A stretch of 64,000 bases of DNA from Escherichia coli (GCF_030013595.1 NZ_CP122768.1); one strand, 5' to 3'. Positions 31,655-43,997 are shown, counted from the stretch's first letter. Notes: a model not told the origin generated them from the sequence alone. A program made the numbers and translations.

Positions 31655-32407
31655 ATGATCCCGGAAAAGCGAATTATACGGCGCATTCAGTCTGGCGGTT
31701 GTGCTATCCATTGCCAGGATTGCAGCATCAGCCAGCTTTGCATCCCGTTCACACTCAACGAACATGAGCTTGATCAGCTTGATAATATCATTGAGCGGAA
31801 GAAGCCTATTCAGAAAGGCCAGACGCTGTTTAAGGCTGGTGATGAACTTAAATCGCTTTATGCCATCCGCTCCGGTACGATTAAAAGTTATACCATCACT
31901 GAGCAAGGCGACGAGCAAATCACTGGTTTCCATTTAGCAGGCGACCTGGTGGGATTTGACGCTATCGGCAGCGGCCATCACCCGAGCTTCGCGCAGGCGC
32001 TGGAAACCTCGATGGTATGTGAAATCCCGTTCGAAACGCTGGACGATTTGTCCGGTAAAATGCCGAATCTGCGTCAGCAGATGATGCGTCTGATGAGCGG
32101 TGAAATCAAAGGCGATCAGGACATGATCCTGCTGTTGTCGAAGAAAAATGCCGAGGAACGTCTGGCTGCATTCATCTACAACCTGTCCCGTCGTTTTGCC
32201 CAACGCGGCTTCTCCCCTCGTGAATTCCGCCTGACGATGACTCGTGGCGATATCGGTAACTATCTGGGCCTGACGGTAGAAACCATCAGCCGTCTGCTGG
32301 GTCGCTTCCAGAAAAGCGGTATGCTGGCAGTCAAAGGTAAATACATCACCATCGAAAATAACGATGCGCTGGCCCAGCTTGCTGGTCATACGCGTAACGT
32401 TGCCTGA
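31655..32407 (+). CDS. fnr: fumarate/nitrate reduction regulator FNR
   Basis: 250 aa from [29 protein letters not shown]... Confidence 0.95.
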
Positions 32408-32558
32408 TTTTTCCGCATAACTCACTATCCTTCTGTCATATCATTAAATTTTTCTGATTTATTGATCTGGCAGAAGGTTCATCACTGTTTCATTCACCAG
32501 ATATGGGTTAATCTTTTAATTACAAACTGCGTTGACAGTTGTTGTAAGGAGACCCTGT

Positions 32559-33509
32559 ATGGCTATGTATCAGAACATGCTCGTTGTTATCGATCCTAAC
32601 CAGGACGACCAACCAGCATTGCGGCGAGCTGTTTATTTACATCAACGGATTGGTGGCAAAATTAAAGCCTTTTTGCCGATCTATGACTTCTCATACGAAA
32701 TGACCACCCTGCTCTCTCCGGACGAACGTACCGCTATGCGTCAGGGCGTCATCAGCCAGCGTACAGCCTGGATCCACGAGCAGGCAAAATATTATCTCAA
32801 TGCTGGCGTTCCCATTGAAATTAAAGTGGTCTGGCATAACCGCCCTTTTGAAGCCATCATTCAGGAAGTGATCAGCGGCGGGCACGATTTGGTGCTAAAA
32901 ATGGCGCACCAACATGACCGTCTGGAAGCGGTGATTTTTACGCCAACGGACTGGCATCTGTTACGCAAATGCCCAAGCCCGGTGTGGATGGTGAAAGACC
33001 AGCCGTGGCCGGAAGGGGGTAAGGCGCTGGTGGCGGTGAATCTCGCCAGTGAAGAGCCGTACCATAATGCGCTCAATGAAAAACTGGTCAAAGAGACGAT
33101 CGAACTGGCGGAACAAGTCAACCATACCGAAGTTCATCTGGTTGGCGCTTATCCGGTAACGCCAATTAATATCGCGATTGAACTGCCGGAATTTGATCCG
33201 AGCGTTTATAACGATGCCATTCGTGGGCAACATTTGCTGGCAATGAAAGCCCTGCGGCAGAAATTCGGCATTAATGAAAACATGACGCACGTAGAAAAAG
33301 GTCTGCCAGAAGAGGTGATTCCTGATTTGGCGGAGCATTTACAGGCGGGGATTGTGGTTCTGGGCACGGTCGGACGCACCGGTATTTCAGCGGCATTCCT
33401 CGGCAACACGGCGGAACAGGTGATTGATCATCTTCGCTGCGACCTGCTGGTCATTAAACCTGACCAGTATCAGACACCCGTTGAACTGGATGACGAAGAA
33501 GACGATTAA
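32559..33509 (+). CDS. uspE: universal stress protein E (tandem Usp domains)
   Basis: 316 aa from [17 protein letters not shown]... Confidence 0.92.
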   Translation: MAMYQNMLVVIDPNQDDQPALRRAVYLHQRIGGKIKAFLPIYDFSYEMTTLLSPDERTAMRQGVISQRTAWIHEQAKYYLNAGVPIEIKVVWHNRPFEAIIQEVISGGHDLVLKMAHQHDRLEAVIFTPTDWHLLRKCPSPVWMVKDQPWPEGGKALVAVNLASEEPYHNALNEKLVKETIELAEQVNHTEVHLVGAYPVTPINIAIELPEFDPSVYNDAIRGQHLLAMKALRQKFGINENMTHVEKGLPEEVIPDLAEHLQAGIVVLGTVGRTGISAAFLGNTAEQVIDHLRCDLLVIKPDQYQTPVELDDEEDD

Positions 33510-33530
33510 CGACTCTTCAATAACTGACAA

Positions 33531-33556
33531 GGCCCGAGTTATCGGGCCTATTTTTT
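33531..33556. terminator. bidirectional rho-independent terminator between convergent uspE and ynaJ
   Basis: Hairpin ggcccgag-tt-atcgggcc followed by a T-run. Confidence 0.6.
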
Positions 33557-33558
33557 AC

Positions 33559-33816
33559 TTACTGCTCTTCGCCGCCAAGAAAATAAATTCCCAACGGGAT
33601 TGCCAGCAACACAGTAAAGACCAGGCTATAAACAAAAATCATCGATGACTGAATCACATACATTGATGTCGTCCACTCAGACAGCGGAATATTGTACTGT
33701 TCGATAACGCCGCCGATGGTCGCGCGAGTCACAACCGACGCCGCAATAATGAAAACCGCCAACAAACCAAAGAGAAATTTCTTCCCTTTCGCTGACTTCA
33801 GTTTCGCCATAATCAT
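33559..33816 (-). CDS. ynaJ: small inner-membrane protein YnaJ
   Basis: 85-aa ORF with two hydrophobic segments. Confidence 0.85.
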   Translation of the reverse strand: MIMAKLKSAKGKKFLFGLLAVFIIAASVVTRATIGGVIEQYNIPLSEWTTSMYVIQSSMIFVYSLVFTVLLAIPLGIYFLGGEEQ

Positions 33817-34059
33817 GATGTAATCCTTGTGCAGACAAATTTCTTGTTACCTAAACGTAACAATACCATGACATTTTACCGTTGTCTGCTCTGAAAACCT
33901 CACCTCTTAGCTGGATTTACAATCAACGCATTGATTAGTTAGCTAATGTTGCTACTTCCTTCCCTGACTATTGATGATCTGAATGAATTGTCGCGGTAAA
34001 ATAGCCCCGCCAGGGGTTTCCGGCATGACGACAATTATCTGGAGGAGCCTGATAAAACA

Positions 34060-35091
34060 ATGATCGCTGAACTGTTTACAAATAATGCGCTTAATCTGGT
34101 CATTATTTTCGGTAGCTGCGCAGCATTGATTCTGATGAGCTTTTGGTTTCGCCGCGGAAATCGTAAAAGAAAAGGTTTTTTATTCCATGCGGTGCAATTT
34201 TTAATCTACACCATAATTATCAGTGCTGTTGGTAGCATCATTAATTATGTTATAGAAAACTATAAACTCAAATTTATCACCCCAGGCGTTATCGATTTTA
34301 TCTGTACGTCCCTGATTGCGGTTATTCTGACGATTAAGCTATTTCTGCTGATTAATCAGTTTGAAAAACAGCAGATTAAAAAAGGTCGCGATATCACCAG
34401 TGCGCGGATTATGTCGCGTATCATCAAAATCACCATTATTGTGGTGCTTGTTCTGCTTTATGGCGAACATTTCGGCATGAGCCTTTCTGGCTTGTTGACC
34501 TTTGGTGGTATTGGTGGTCTGGCTGTCGGTATGGCCGGTAAAGATATTCTGAGTAACTTCTTTTCCGGGATTATGCTCTATTTCGACCGTCCTTTTAGTA
34601 TTGGCGACTGGATCCGTTCACCGGACAGAAATATCGAAGGTACAGTAGCGGAAATTGGCTGGCGAATTACCAAGATTACGACTTTTGATAATCGTCCGTT
34701 GTACGTACCGAACTCGCTGTTTTCGTCAATCAGCGTAGAAAACCCAGGACGAATGACCAACCGGCGCATTACCACGACCATTGGTTTACGTTATGAGGAT
34801 GCGGCAAAAGTGGGCGTTATTGTCGAAGCCGTACGTGAGATGCTGAAAAACCACCCGGCCATTGACCAGCGACAAACCTTACTGGTTTATTTCAACCAGT
34901 TTGCTGACTCCTCATTGAATATTATGGTTTATTGCTTTACCAAAACCACGGTATGGGCTGAATGGCTTGCTGCACAGCAAGACGTTTATTTGAAGATTAT
35001 CGATATTGTACAGTCACACGGCGCGGACTTTGCCTTCCCCAGCCAGACGCTGTATATGGATAACATTACACCGCCGGACCAGGGTCGCTAA
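34060..35091 (+). CDS. ynaI: MscS-family mechanosensitive channel YnaI
   Basis: 343-aa ORF with N-terminal TM helices and MscS-like C-terminal region. Confidence 0.9.
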   Translation: MIAELFTNNALNLVIIFGSCAALILMSFWFRRGNRKRKGFLFHAVQFLIYTIIISAVGSIINYVIENYKLKFITPGVIDFICTSLIAVILTIKLFLLINQFEKQQIKKGRDITSARIMSRIIKITIIVVLVLLYGEHFGMSLSGLLTFGGIGGLAVGMAGKDILSNFFSGIMLYFDRPFSIGDWIRSPDRNIEGTVAEIGWRITKITTFDNRPLYVPNSLFSSISVENPGRMTNRRITTTIGLRYEDAAKVGVIVEAVREMLKNHPAIDQRQTLLVYFNQFADSSLNIMVYCFTKTTVWAEWLAAQQDVYLKIIDIVQSHGADFAFPSQTLYMDNITPPDQGR

Positions 35092-35141
35092 ATCAGACAT
35101 CACTGGCGTTATCCACAAGGGTAACGCCAGTTCCCATCACA

Positions 35142-36755
35142 TCAATGCTTCACAATATACATAGTCCGACTGTACGCCACATCTTCCGGGTTATTAATGG
35201 GATAACCTTTCAGCCACGGCTTGATTAATCGTCCATTGGTATATTGATAAATTGGTGCAATCGGTGCTTGCTCCATGAGGATTTTTTCTGCCGTATTGTA
35301 ATCGGCATTACGCGCTTTAACGGTATTTTCCGTTGATGCCTGGGCCAGTACTTTGTCGTATGCCGGATTGTTAAAGCGTGAAATATTCCCTGAATGCGTT
35401 GACGTTAACAACGTAAGGAAAGTGGAGGGTTCATTATAATCCCCTACCCATGAGGCGCGGATAACATCAAAATTGCCGGTGTTACGGCTATCGATATAGG
35501 TTTTCCATTCCTGATTCTGCAATTTAACATCTACGCCAAGGTTCTTTTTCCACATCGATGCTACAGCAATCGCAATTTTTTGATGGTTTTCTGAAGTGTT
35601 ATACAAAAGCGTCAGCTTCAGCGGTTTTTGCGGACCATAACCAGCTGCGCTCAACAAAGTTTTTGCCTGCGCATTCAGTTCTTCCTGACTCATTTGTTCA
35701 AACGGCGAAGGCTCCGGCGTAAAACCGGCAGTAACATCTGGTGTAAAATGCCACGCTGGCTTTTCCCCCGTCCCCAACACTTTTTCGGTCATCAGGCGGC
35801 GATCTATCGTCATACTTAATGCCAGGCGAACACGCTGATCGGCCGTCGGCCCTTTTTGCGTGTTAAACGCATAATAATAGGTCCCGAGCTGCGGCGGCGT
35901 ATAAACCTGCCCCGGAATATCCTTCAACAGCTTCTGATACATATTTTTCGGGAAGGATTCGGTGATATCAATATCCCCCGCGAGATAACGCTTAGTGGCT
36001 GCGGATTCCTGATTAATTGGCAGGAAGGTCACCTTTTGCAGTACCGTTTTGGCGTTATCCCAATAATGGGTATTCGGCACCACGACCAGTTTTTCATTGA
36101 CTATGCGCTCTTTAAGAACATAAGCGCCATTGCCGATCAGATTTCCGGGTTTCGTCCACTCTTTACTGCTTTCTACGTTGGCTTTTTGCACTGGGAAGAA
36201 GGCAAAGTTAGCGGTTAAATTCACAAACCACGGCAACGGTTTATCAAGCTGGATTTTCAAAGTATGGGCATCAACTGCGGTGACGCCAAGCTGGTCAGGC
36301 GTGGCTTTACCATCAATAATCGCCTGTGCGTTGTTAATTCCCGCCAGCGCGGCAAACCATGCAAATGGCGACAATGTTTTTGGGTCCACCAGACGTTGCC
36401 AGCTGTAGACAAAATCTTGCGCCGTTACCGGTGTGCCATCCGCCCATTTTGCGTTATCGCGCAGGGTAAAAGTCCAAATACGGTTGTCATTACTTTTCCA
36501 CTGAGTCGCAACGCCGGGGACAATCTCCCCTTTCTCGTTCTGATTCACCAGTCCTTCAAACAGATCGCGAATGACCTGAATCTCCGGCAGGCCCACGGCT
36601 TTAGCGGGATCCAGAGACGCTGGCTCATCTTTAATGTGGCGCACCAGCTCCTGCTTCTCTGCCAGTACTGTGCCGCTCGGAACTTCAGCAGCATACGAAA
36701 GAGAAATGCTGCTGACCAACAGCGCACAACACGTGACTGAAACAGAGTGCTTCAT
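35142..36755 (-). CDS. mppA: periplasmic murein tripeptide-binding protein MppA
   Basis: 537 aa from MKHSVSVTCCALLVSSISLSYA (signal peptide); OppA-like. Confidence 0.9.
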   Translation of the reverse strand: MKHSVSVTCCALLVSSISLSYAAEVPSGTVLAEKQELVRHIKDEPASLDPAKAVGLPEIQVIRDLFEGLVNQNEKGEIVPGVATQWKSNDNRIWTFTLRDNAKWADGTPVTAQDFVYSWQRLVDPKTLSPFAWFAALAGINNAQAIIDGKATPDQLGVTAVDAHTLKIQLDKPLPWFVNLTANFAFFPVQKANVESSKEWTKPGNLIGNGAYVLKERIVNEKLVVVPNTHYWDNAKTVLQKVTFLPINQESAATKRYLAGDIDITESFPKNMYQKLLKDIPGQVYTPPQLGTYYYAFNTQKGPTADQRVRLALSMTIDRRLMTEKVLGTGEKPAWHFTPDVTAGFTPEPSPFEQMSQEELNAQAKTLLSAAGYGPQKPLKLTLLYNTSENHQKIAIAVASMWKKNLGVDVKLQNQEWKTYIDSRNTGNFDVIRASWVGDYNEPSTFLTLLTSTHSGNISRFNNPAYDKVLAQASTENTVKARNADYNTAEKILMEQAPIAPIYQYTNGRLIKPWLKGYPINNPEDVAYSRTMYIVKH

Positions 36756-36812
36756 AAGTTTCCCTCTAACCGACATTAAAATTGATGCGTAATTATTTGT
36801 TTCGCCTTAAAG

Positions 36813-36842
36813 AAATGCAAACAACTTCCATCAAAAAAGTGA
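36813..36842. repeat. 30-bp element AAATGCAAACAACTTCCATCAAAAAAGTGA, copy 1 (upstream of mppA)
   Basis: Exact 30-nt identity with 39924..39953; contains dyad ATG-N11-CAT. Confidence 0.9.
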
Positions 36843-37091
36843 CAAAGGAAGCATCAAATGTTTTAAGTATCAATATATCAAATCAGATTTAGTGTAAATA
36901 ATAGTCTCCAAAATGCGGTAAAGCACATAGAACTCCGAACACTACGTTCGGGCTTCGCACGTTCAAACCCGTTTTCGGTATCATAATCAGCATCTGTCGC
37001 CATTGTACGAAGAATAAAAAATGACCAAAACGTTGAAAGGAACTGAGAATACGTTAAGAGAAGAATTAAATTAATGTATCAGCAAGTAGTG

Positions 37092-37991
37092 CTAAACAGC
37101 ACCTTTATACTTCAGCCTATCTATAAATAATGAGAATGCCGAGCCAGCATGTCGACGGTGTGGATAGTACAGGTGATAACCGGGTAAATCTGGTGTGAAT
37201 TTATCCAAAACACGTATCAGTTTTTTTTCTTTAATAGCCCGCTCAACCTGATCATAAGGTAGATACGCCAATCCATGCCCATCAATTGCAGCATCAATGA
37301 TCAGGTCTATCGTATTCAGTAAAAGCTGACCTTCCATGCGAACACGAACTTCACGTCCACCGCGTATTAATCTCCAGCGATTTGCTGTACCCGATGTGGG
37401 AAGATACAAATTAATTGCCTGATGATCTATTAATTGTGACACTGACGTTGGAGCACTTCGACGAGAAAAATAATCCGGTGAGCCAACAATAGCCATTGGT
37501 ATATCTGGCCCGATTCGAATGGCGATCATATCTTTATCCATCTCCCCACCCAGACGGACGCCTGCATCAAAACGTTCAGAAACGACATCGGTCAAACCAT
37601 AATCAATGGTAAGCTGGATATCAATTTCAGGATGCGATTTCAGGAATGTGCGCATAGCTGGTAACAATATCGTTTTTGCTGCATGTTCTACAGTAGTAAT
37701 ACGTATTGTCCCGGATGGGCGGTTCTGCAGATCGCTCAGGGATGTCAGGGCAGAATCTATGTCATGCAACATAGGGCCAAGAACAGACAAAAGATGCTCG
37801 CCCGCTTCAGTGGGTACAACGCTGCGCGTGGTTCGCGTCAGAAGCCGCAATCCCAATCGTTCTTCTATACGGCGCACTATCTGGCTTAAAGCTGACTGCG
37901 CCATGCTCAGGCGGGCTGCTGCGCGAGTGAAGCTACGCTCCTCTGCAACGACGACAAACGCCATCAGATCAGCGATTTCTTCACGCTTCAT
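37092..37991 (-). CDS. pgrR: LysR-family regulator PgrR (YcjZ)
   Basis: 299-aa ORF with LysR HTH in conserved position between mppA and ycjY. Confidence 0.85.
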   Translation of the reverse strand: MKREEIADLMAFVVVAEERSFTRAAARLSMAQSALSQIVRRIEERLGLRLLTRTTRSVVPTEAGEHLLSVLGPMLHDIDSALTSLSDLQNRPSGTIRITTVEHAAKTILLPAMRTFLKSHPEIDIQLTIDYGLTDVVSERFDAGVRLGGEMDKDMIAIRIGPDIPMAIVGSPDYFSRRSAPTSVSQLIDHQAINLYLPTSGTANRWRLIRGGREVRVRMEGQLLLNTIDLIIDAAIDGHGLAYLPYDQVERAIKEKKLIRVLDKFTPDLPGYHLYYPHRRHAGSAFSLFIDRLKYKGAV

Positions 37992-38128
37992 TCAGTATCT
38001 CCATACAATCTATTAATCATTTAAATGATAGGTCTAATCATAATTTAGGGTCTAATCAACTTAATGATCAATATCTATAGTGATATCACCAACCGTCAAA
38101 ACGAACCGACAACTCCATGAGGAACGGA

Positions 38129-39049
38129 ATGATGAATAATAAAGTCAGCTTCACTAACAGCAATAATCCAACCATCTCTTTGTCTGCAGTGATCTATTTC
38201 CCTCCAAAATTTGATGAAACCCGTCAGTATCCGGCAATTGTGGTATCTCACCCAGGTGGGGGCGTTAAAGAGCAAACGGCTGGAACCTATGCCGAAAAAC
38301 TGGCGGAAAAGGGATTTGTCACTATTGCTTATGACGCATCTTATCAAGGTGAAAGCGGCGGCGAGCCGCGTCAGTTAGAAAACCCATACATTCGTACTGA
38401 AGACGTCAGTGCCGTGATTGATTACCTGACAACGCTTTCTTATGTCGACAATACCCGAATTGGTGCGATGGGAATTTGTGCCGGTGCAGGATATACAGCC
38501 AATGCTGCAATTCAGGATCGCCGCATCAAGGCCATCGGTACTGTTAGTGCGGTCAATATTGGTTCGATGTTCCGTAATGGTTGGGAAAACAATGTGAAAT
38601 CTATTGATGCCCTACCATACGTTGACGCGGGTTCAAACGCCCGAACCAGCGATATTAGTAGCGGAGAATACGCCACTATGCCACTGGCACCAATGAAGGA
38701 GTCCGATGCGCCGAACGAAGAACTGCGTCAGGCCTGGGAGTATTACCACACCCCTCGCGCGCAGTATCCAACAGCACCGGGTTACGCTACTTTGCGCAGC
38801 CTTAACCAGATTATTACCTATGATGCTTACCATATGGCGGAAGTGTACCTGACTCAGCCGATACAGATTGTGGCGGGCAGCCAGGCAGGGAGCAAATGGA
38901 TGAGTGACGACCTGTACGATCGAGCATCAAGCCAGGATAAACGCTATCACATTGTTGAAGGCGCAAACCATATGGATCTTTATGACGGCAAAGTCTATGT
39001 GGCTGAAGCAATTTCAGTATTAGCTCCGTTCTTTGAGGAAACTCTGTAA
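38129..39049 (+). CDS. ycjY: alpha/beta hydrolase YcjY
   Basis: About 306 aa; dienelactone-hydrolase-like. Confidence 0.85.
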   Translation: MMNNKVSFTNSNNPTISLSAVIYFPPKFDETRQYPAIVVSHPGGGVKEQTAGTYAEKLAEKGFVTIAYDASYQGESGGEPRQLENPYIRTEDVSAVIDYLTTLSYVDNTRIGAMGICAGAGYTANAAIQDRRIKAIGTVSAVNIGSMFRNGWENNVKSIDALPYVDAGSNARTSDISSGEYATMPLAPMKESDAPNEELRQAWEYYHTPRAQYPTAPGYATLRSLNQIITYDAYHMAEVYLTQPIQIVAGSQAGSKWMSDDLYDRASSQDKRYHIVEGANHMDLYDGKVYVAEAISVLAPFFEETL

Positions 39050-39119
39050 TGAAACATATTCAAATCCGCAATAGTGATATGGCCTGGCATATTACTGCCA
39101 ATAATCTGGGAAAAGTTTC

Positions 39120-39758
39120 ATGAAAAATGTACTGATTCTTGGTGCTGGCGGTCAGATAGCCCGCCATGTGATTAATCAACTGGCAGATAAACAAACCATT
39201 AAACAAACTTTATTTGCCCGTCAGCCAGCAAAAATCCACAAACCCTATCCCACTAATAGCAAGATTATTATGGGGGATGTACTGAATCATGCAGCACTGA
39301 AGCAGGCCATGCAGGGACAGGATGTTGTGTATGCCAACCTTACGGGGGAAGATTTAGATATTCAGGCAAATTCAGTGATCGCTGCGATGAAAGCCGGTGA
39401 TGTTAAACGTCTGATCTTTGTTCTTTCCCTCGGTATTTATGATGAAGTTCCAGGAAAATTTGGCGAATGGAATAATGCAGTTATTGGTGAGCCCCTAAAA
39501 CCATTCCGCAGGGCTGCGGATGCAATTGAGGCTTCTGGACTGGAATATACAATTCTTCGCCCTGCCTGGCTGACTGATGAAGATATTATTGATTATGAGC
39601 TTACCTCACGCAATGAACCATTCAAAGGTACGATCGTATCACGTAAGAGTGTCGCTGCATTAATTACAGATATCATCGATAAACCTGAGAAACACATTGG
39701 TGAGAATATAGGCATCAATCAACCCGGGACTGATGGTGATAAGCCATTCTTCATGTAA
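39120..39758 (+). CDS. NAD(P)-binding Rossmann-fold protein (ymjC-position gene)
   Basis: 212-aa ORF with N-terminal GAGGQIA dinucleotide-binding motif. Confidence 0.7.
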   Translation: MKNVLILGAGGQIARHVINQLADKQTIKQTLFARQPAKIHKPYPTNSKIIMGDVLNHAALKQAMQGQDVVYANLTGEDLDIQANSVIAAMKAGDVKRLIFVLSLGIYDEVPGKFGEWNNAVIGEPLKPFRRAADAIEASGLEYTILRPAWLTDEDIIDYELTSRNEPFKGTIVSRKSVAALITDIIDKPEKHIGENIGINQPGTDGDKPFFM

Positions 39759-39923
39759 ATCAATTATATAGCTACCATCGTACTGTACTATGTGCAGTAC
39801 GATTTATTAAACTTATTAAGGTGAACTGATCAATTAGATGCGATTAACATGTGTAGAACCAGTAAGAATAAAATACGCCATGTATATAACATTACGACAA
39901 TTCTAATATCTGCACATCAATGA

Positions 39924-39953
39924 AAATGCAAACAACTTCCATCAAAAAAGTGA
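39924..39953. repeat. 30-bp element AAATGCAAACAACTTCCATCAAAAAAGTGA, copy 2 (upstream of mpaA)
   Basis: Exact 30-nt identity with 36813..36842. Confidence 0.9.
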
Positions 39954-40048
39954 TACAAGATCGATAACATAGCGTTGAAGAAAAGGATTTGATAATCCGC
40001 AAAATTTGCACAACACTGCCTGTAATACTTCCTGAACCAGAGACGATC

Positions 40049-40751
40049 ATGACCGTAACTCGCCCACGCGCCGAACGCGGCGCATTTCCGCCCGGAACAG
40101 AACATTACGGACGTTCATTATTGGGCGCGCCGTTAATCTGGTTTCCGGCCCCTGCAGCCAGTCACGAAAGTGGTTTGATTCTGGCTGGCACTCACGGTGA
40201 TGAAAACTCTTCGATCGTCACGCTCTCCTGTGCTCTGCGGACGTTGACACCTTCTTTGCGCCGTCATCATGTGGTGCTGTGTGTGAATCCTGACGGCTGC
40301 CAGTTGGGGTTAAGGGCCAATGCTAATGGTGTGGATTTAAACAGAAACTTTCCGGCGGCAAACTGGAAGGAAGGTGAAACCGTTTATCGCTGGAACAGCG
40401 CCGCTGAAGAACGTGATGTCGTATTGCTGACAGGTGACAAACCTGGCTCCGAACCTGAAACCCAGGCGCTGTGCCAGCTTATACACCGCATTCAACCCGC
40501 CTGGGTGGTCTCATTCCACGATCCGCTGGCCTGTATTGAAGATCCCAGACACAGCGAATTAGGTGAATGGCTGGCCCAGGCGTTTGAATTGCCTCTGGTA
40601 ACCAGCGTCGGTTATGAAACGCCTGGCTCTTTCGGCAGTTGGTGTGCGGATCTCAACCTGCATTGCATCACCGCAGAGTTTCCACCCATCTCCTCCGACG
40701 AAGCCAGCGAAAAATATCTCTTTGCGATGGCAAACTTGCTGCGCTGGCATC

Positions 40752-40777
<26 letters not shown>
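40049..40777 (+). CDS. mpaA: murein peptide amidase A
   Basis: 242 aa from MTVTRPRAERGAFPPG... Confidence 0.9.
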
Positions 40778-41727
<950 letters not shown>

Positions 41728-41835
41728 TGTTGTCGCGGTGGTCTGCGGATTAAGCGCAAATAGCGTTTGCTGTGTTATTGACAGTTAGCATAAACTAGGT
41801 GTGACGTTAACTATATGTAAACAGGAAAGATAATC

Positions 41836-42342
41836 ATGTCACAAACCGTTCATTTCCAGGGCAACCCGGTTACAGTCGCCAATTCCATCCCGCAGGCGGG
41901 TAGCAAAGCGCAGACTTTTACTCTCGTGGCAAAAGATCTGTCTGACGTCACCCTCGGTCAGTTTGCGGGTAAACGCAAAGTGCTGAACATTTTCCCGAGT
42001 ATTGATACCGGTGTTTGCGCCGCATCAGTACGTAAGTTTAACCAACTGGCAACCGAGATCGACAACACCGTTGTGCTGTGTATCTCTGCCGATCTGCCGT
42101 TCGCCCAGTCTCGTTTCTGCGGCGCAGAAGGTCTGAACAACGTTATCACCCTCTCCACTTTCCGTAACGCTGAATTTCTGCAAGCCTACGGTGTGGCAAT
42201 TGCTGATGGCCCACTGAAAGGTCTGGCAGCGCGTGCCGTTGTGGTTATTGATGAAAATGACAATGTGATTTTCAGCCAGCTGGTGGATGAAATCACCACC
42301 GAGCCGGATTACGAAGCAGCTCTGGCTGTACTGAAAGCATAA
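41836..42342 (+). CDS. tpx: thiol peroxidase Tpx
   Basis: 168 aa; peroxiredoxin motifs. Confidence 0.95.
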   Translation: MSQTVHFQGNPVTVANSIPQAGSKAQTFTLVAKDLSDVTLGQFAGKRKVLNIFPSIDTGVCAASVRKFNQLATEIDNTVVLCISADLPFAQSRFCGAEGLNNVITLSTFRNAEFLQAYGVAIADGPLKGLAARAVVVIDENDNVIFSQLVDEITTEPDYEAALAVLKA

Positions 42343-42385
42343 GTTAATATGCCTGATGGTGTTGCACCATCAGGCATATTCGCGC

Positions 42386-43927
42386 TTACTCTTCGTTCTT
42401 CTTCTGACTCAGACCGTATTCCCGCAACTTATTTGCAATCGCGGTATGCGAAACGCCCAGGCGTTTTGCCAGTTTGCGCGTGCTGGGATAATTGCGATAA
42501 AGCTGGGTTAATACCGAGCGTTCAAAACGGCTGGTGATTTCGTCCAGCGAACCTTCCATCGCATCTTCGCCCACGGCTACCGTTGCGGCGTCATAATCCG
42601 GTAACAAAATATCCTGTGGACGCAGCTCATAACCGTCCAGTTGTGTCAGTGCGCGATAAATAGCGTTCTTTAACTGCCGCACATTTCCCGGCCACGCATA
42701 ACGCGTAAGTACAGTATTCAGGTCAGCGGCCAGTTTCGGACGCGGCACGCCCTGCTCGTCGGCAAAGCGGGCGACGAACAGCTCGGTTAACGGCATGATG
42801 TCCTGCGGACAGTCACGTAGCGGCGGCAGATTGAGCGTCAACACGTTCAGACGATAATAGAGATCTTCACGGAACACGCCTTTTTGCACCAGTTCGACAA
42901 GATTCTTCTGCGTAGCGCAAATCACCCGCACATCGACATGCACCTCATGGTCTTCGCCAACCCGACGGAAAGTGCCATCATTAAGGAAACGCAGTAATTT
43001 CGCCTGCATCCGTGGTGACATCTCACCTATTTCATCCAGCAGTACCGAACCACCGTTCGCCTGCTCAAAGAACCCTTTCTTCCCTTCCGGGGCATGACCA
43101 AACAATTCACTCTCGACCGCATCTTCCGGGATAGAAGCACAGTTCAGCGCCAGATAGGGTTTGCCCGCGCGTGGGCTTGCCTGATGACAGGCATACGCAA
43201 AGAGATCTTTTCCGGTGCCGGTATCACCGGTTATCAGCAGCGGCGCGCTTAGCATCGCCAGTTTCTGCGCCTGTTCGACAACATGCTTCATTTTCGGGCT
43301 GACGGCGACAATTTGACTAAAGGCGCTGACGTCCTGGGCGGCGACATTTTGCAACTGACGGCCCATACGAATCGTTGATCGCAGCATCACCACCGCACCG
43401 GTCAGGACGTGTTGATCATTTTCATCCTGAAGATAAACAGGCGTAATCTCCATCAGGAAATTCTGTCCATTAATAACGACATGCTCGTTATGGGAATCCT
43501 GCGGTTCGCTTTCCAGCCAGCGTAAAAAATTAAAGCCGTTAATCAATTGTGCGGCGGTATGGTTGCGCAGGCGATCCAATTTTTGCCCAAAAAGCTGACA
43601 GCTCGCCGGGTTCGCCATATCCACTTTGCTTTTCATATCGACAGAGAGCACAGGTTCAGGCAACGCCTCCAGTAACGCGCTCAACGCCAGATGCTCACGT
43701 TCGGAAGGCATCCACGGGACAGTACGGACATCGGTAACACCTGCAATACGGCGTATTTCGGCCATCAGACTGCTGAAACTCTCAAACTCCAGTTCAGCAA
43801 AATTGAGGTAGATTCGCCCAATGGGGTCAATCTCAATACCGCGTAAATCAATGCCTCTTAGCACGAGTAGATCGAGTAATTCGCGGGTCAGACCGAGTCG
43901 GTCTTCACAAAAGACTTCCAGACGCAT
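42386..43927 (-). CDS. tyrR: aromatic amino-acid regulator TyrR (sigma-54-activator-family AAA+)
   Basis: 513 aa from MRLEVFCEDRLGLTRELLDLL...; GDTGTGK and GAFTGA-like motifs. Confidence 0.95.
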   Translation of the reverse strand: MRLEVFCEDRLGLTRELLDLLVLRGIDLRGIEIDPIGRIYLNFAELEFESFSSLMAEIRRIAGVTDVRTVPWMPSEREHLALSALLEALPEPVLSVDMKSKVDMANPASCQLFGQKLDRLRNHTAAQLINGFNFLRWLESEPQDSHNEHVVINGQNFLMEITPVYLQDENDQHVLTGAVVMLRSTIRMGRQLQNVAAQDVSAFSQIVAVSPKMKHVVEQAQKLAMLSAPLLITGDTGTGKDLFAYACHQASPRAGKPYLALNCASIPEDAVESELFGHAPEGKKGFFEQANGGSVLLDEIGEMSPRMQAKLLRFLNDGTFRRVGEDHEVHVDVRVICATQKNLVELVQKGVFREDLYYRLNVLTLNLPPLRDCPQDIMPLTELFVARFADEQGVPRPKLAADLNTVLTRYAWPGNVRQLKNAIYRALTQLDGYELRPQDILLPDYDAATVAVGEDAMEGSLDEITSRFERSVLTQLYRNYPSTRKLAKRLGVSHTAIANKLREYGLSQKKNEE

Positions 43928-43997
43928 GGGAACCTTCACCTGAAAAAAGAACAATTAATATGATGATATGACACTATTTGGATAGCAGGAAGGTTTC

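Noticed and set aside
35103-35130. Hairpin ctggcgtta...taacgccag between convergent ynaI and mppA as a terminator
   Set aside because: No clear U-run on either strand, so an intrinsic terminator call is weak.
39049-39123. Possible 24-codon ORF (MKHIQIRNSDMAWHITANNLGKVS) overlapping the ycjY stop, perhaps a ymjD-type small protein
   Set aside because: Too short to support from sequence alone and I do not reliably remember the K-12 ymjD sequence; left unannotated.
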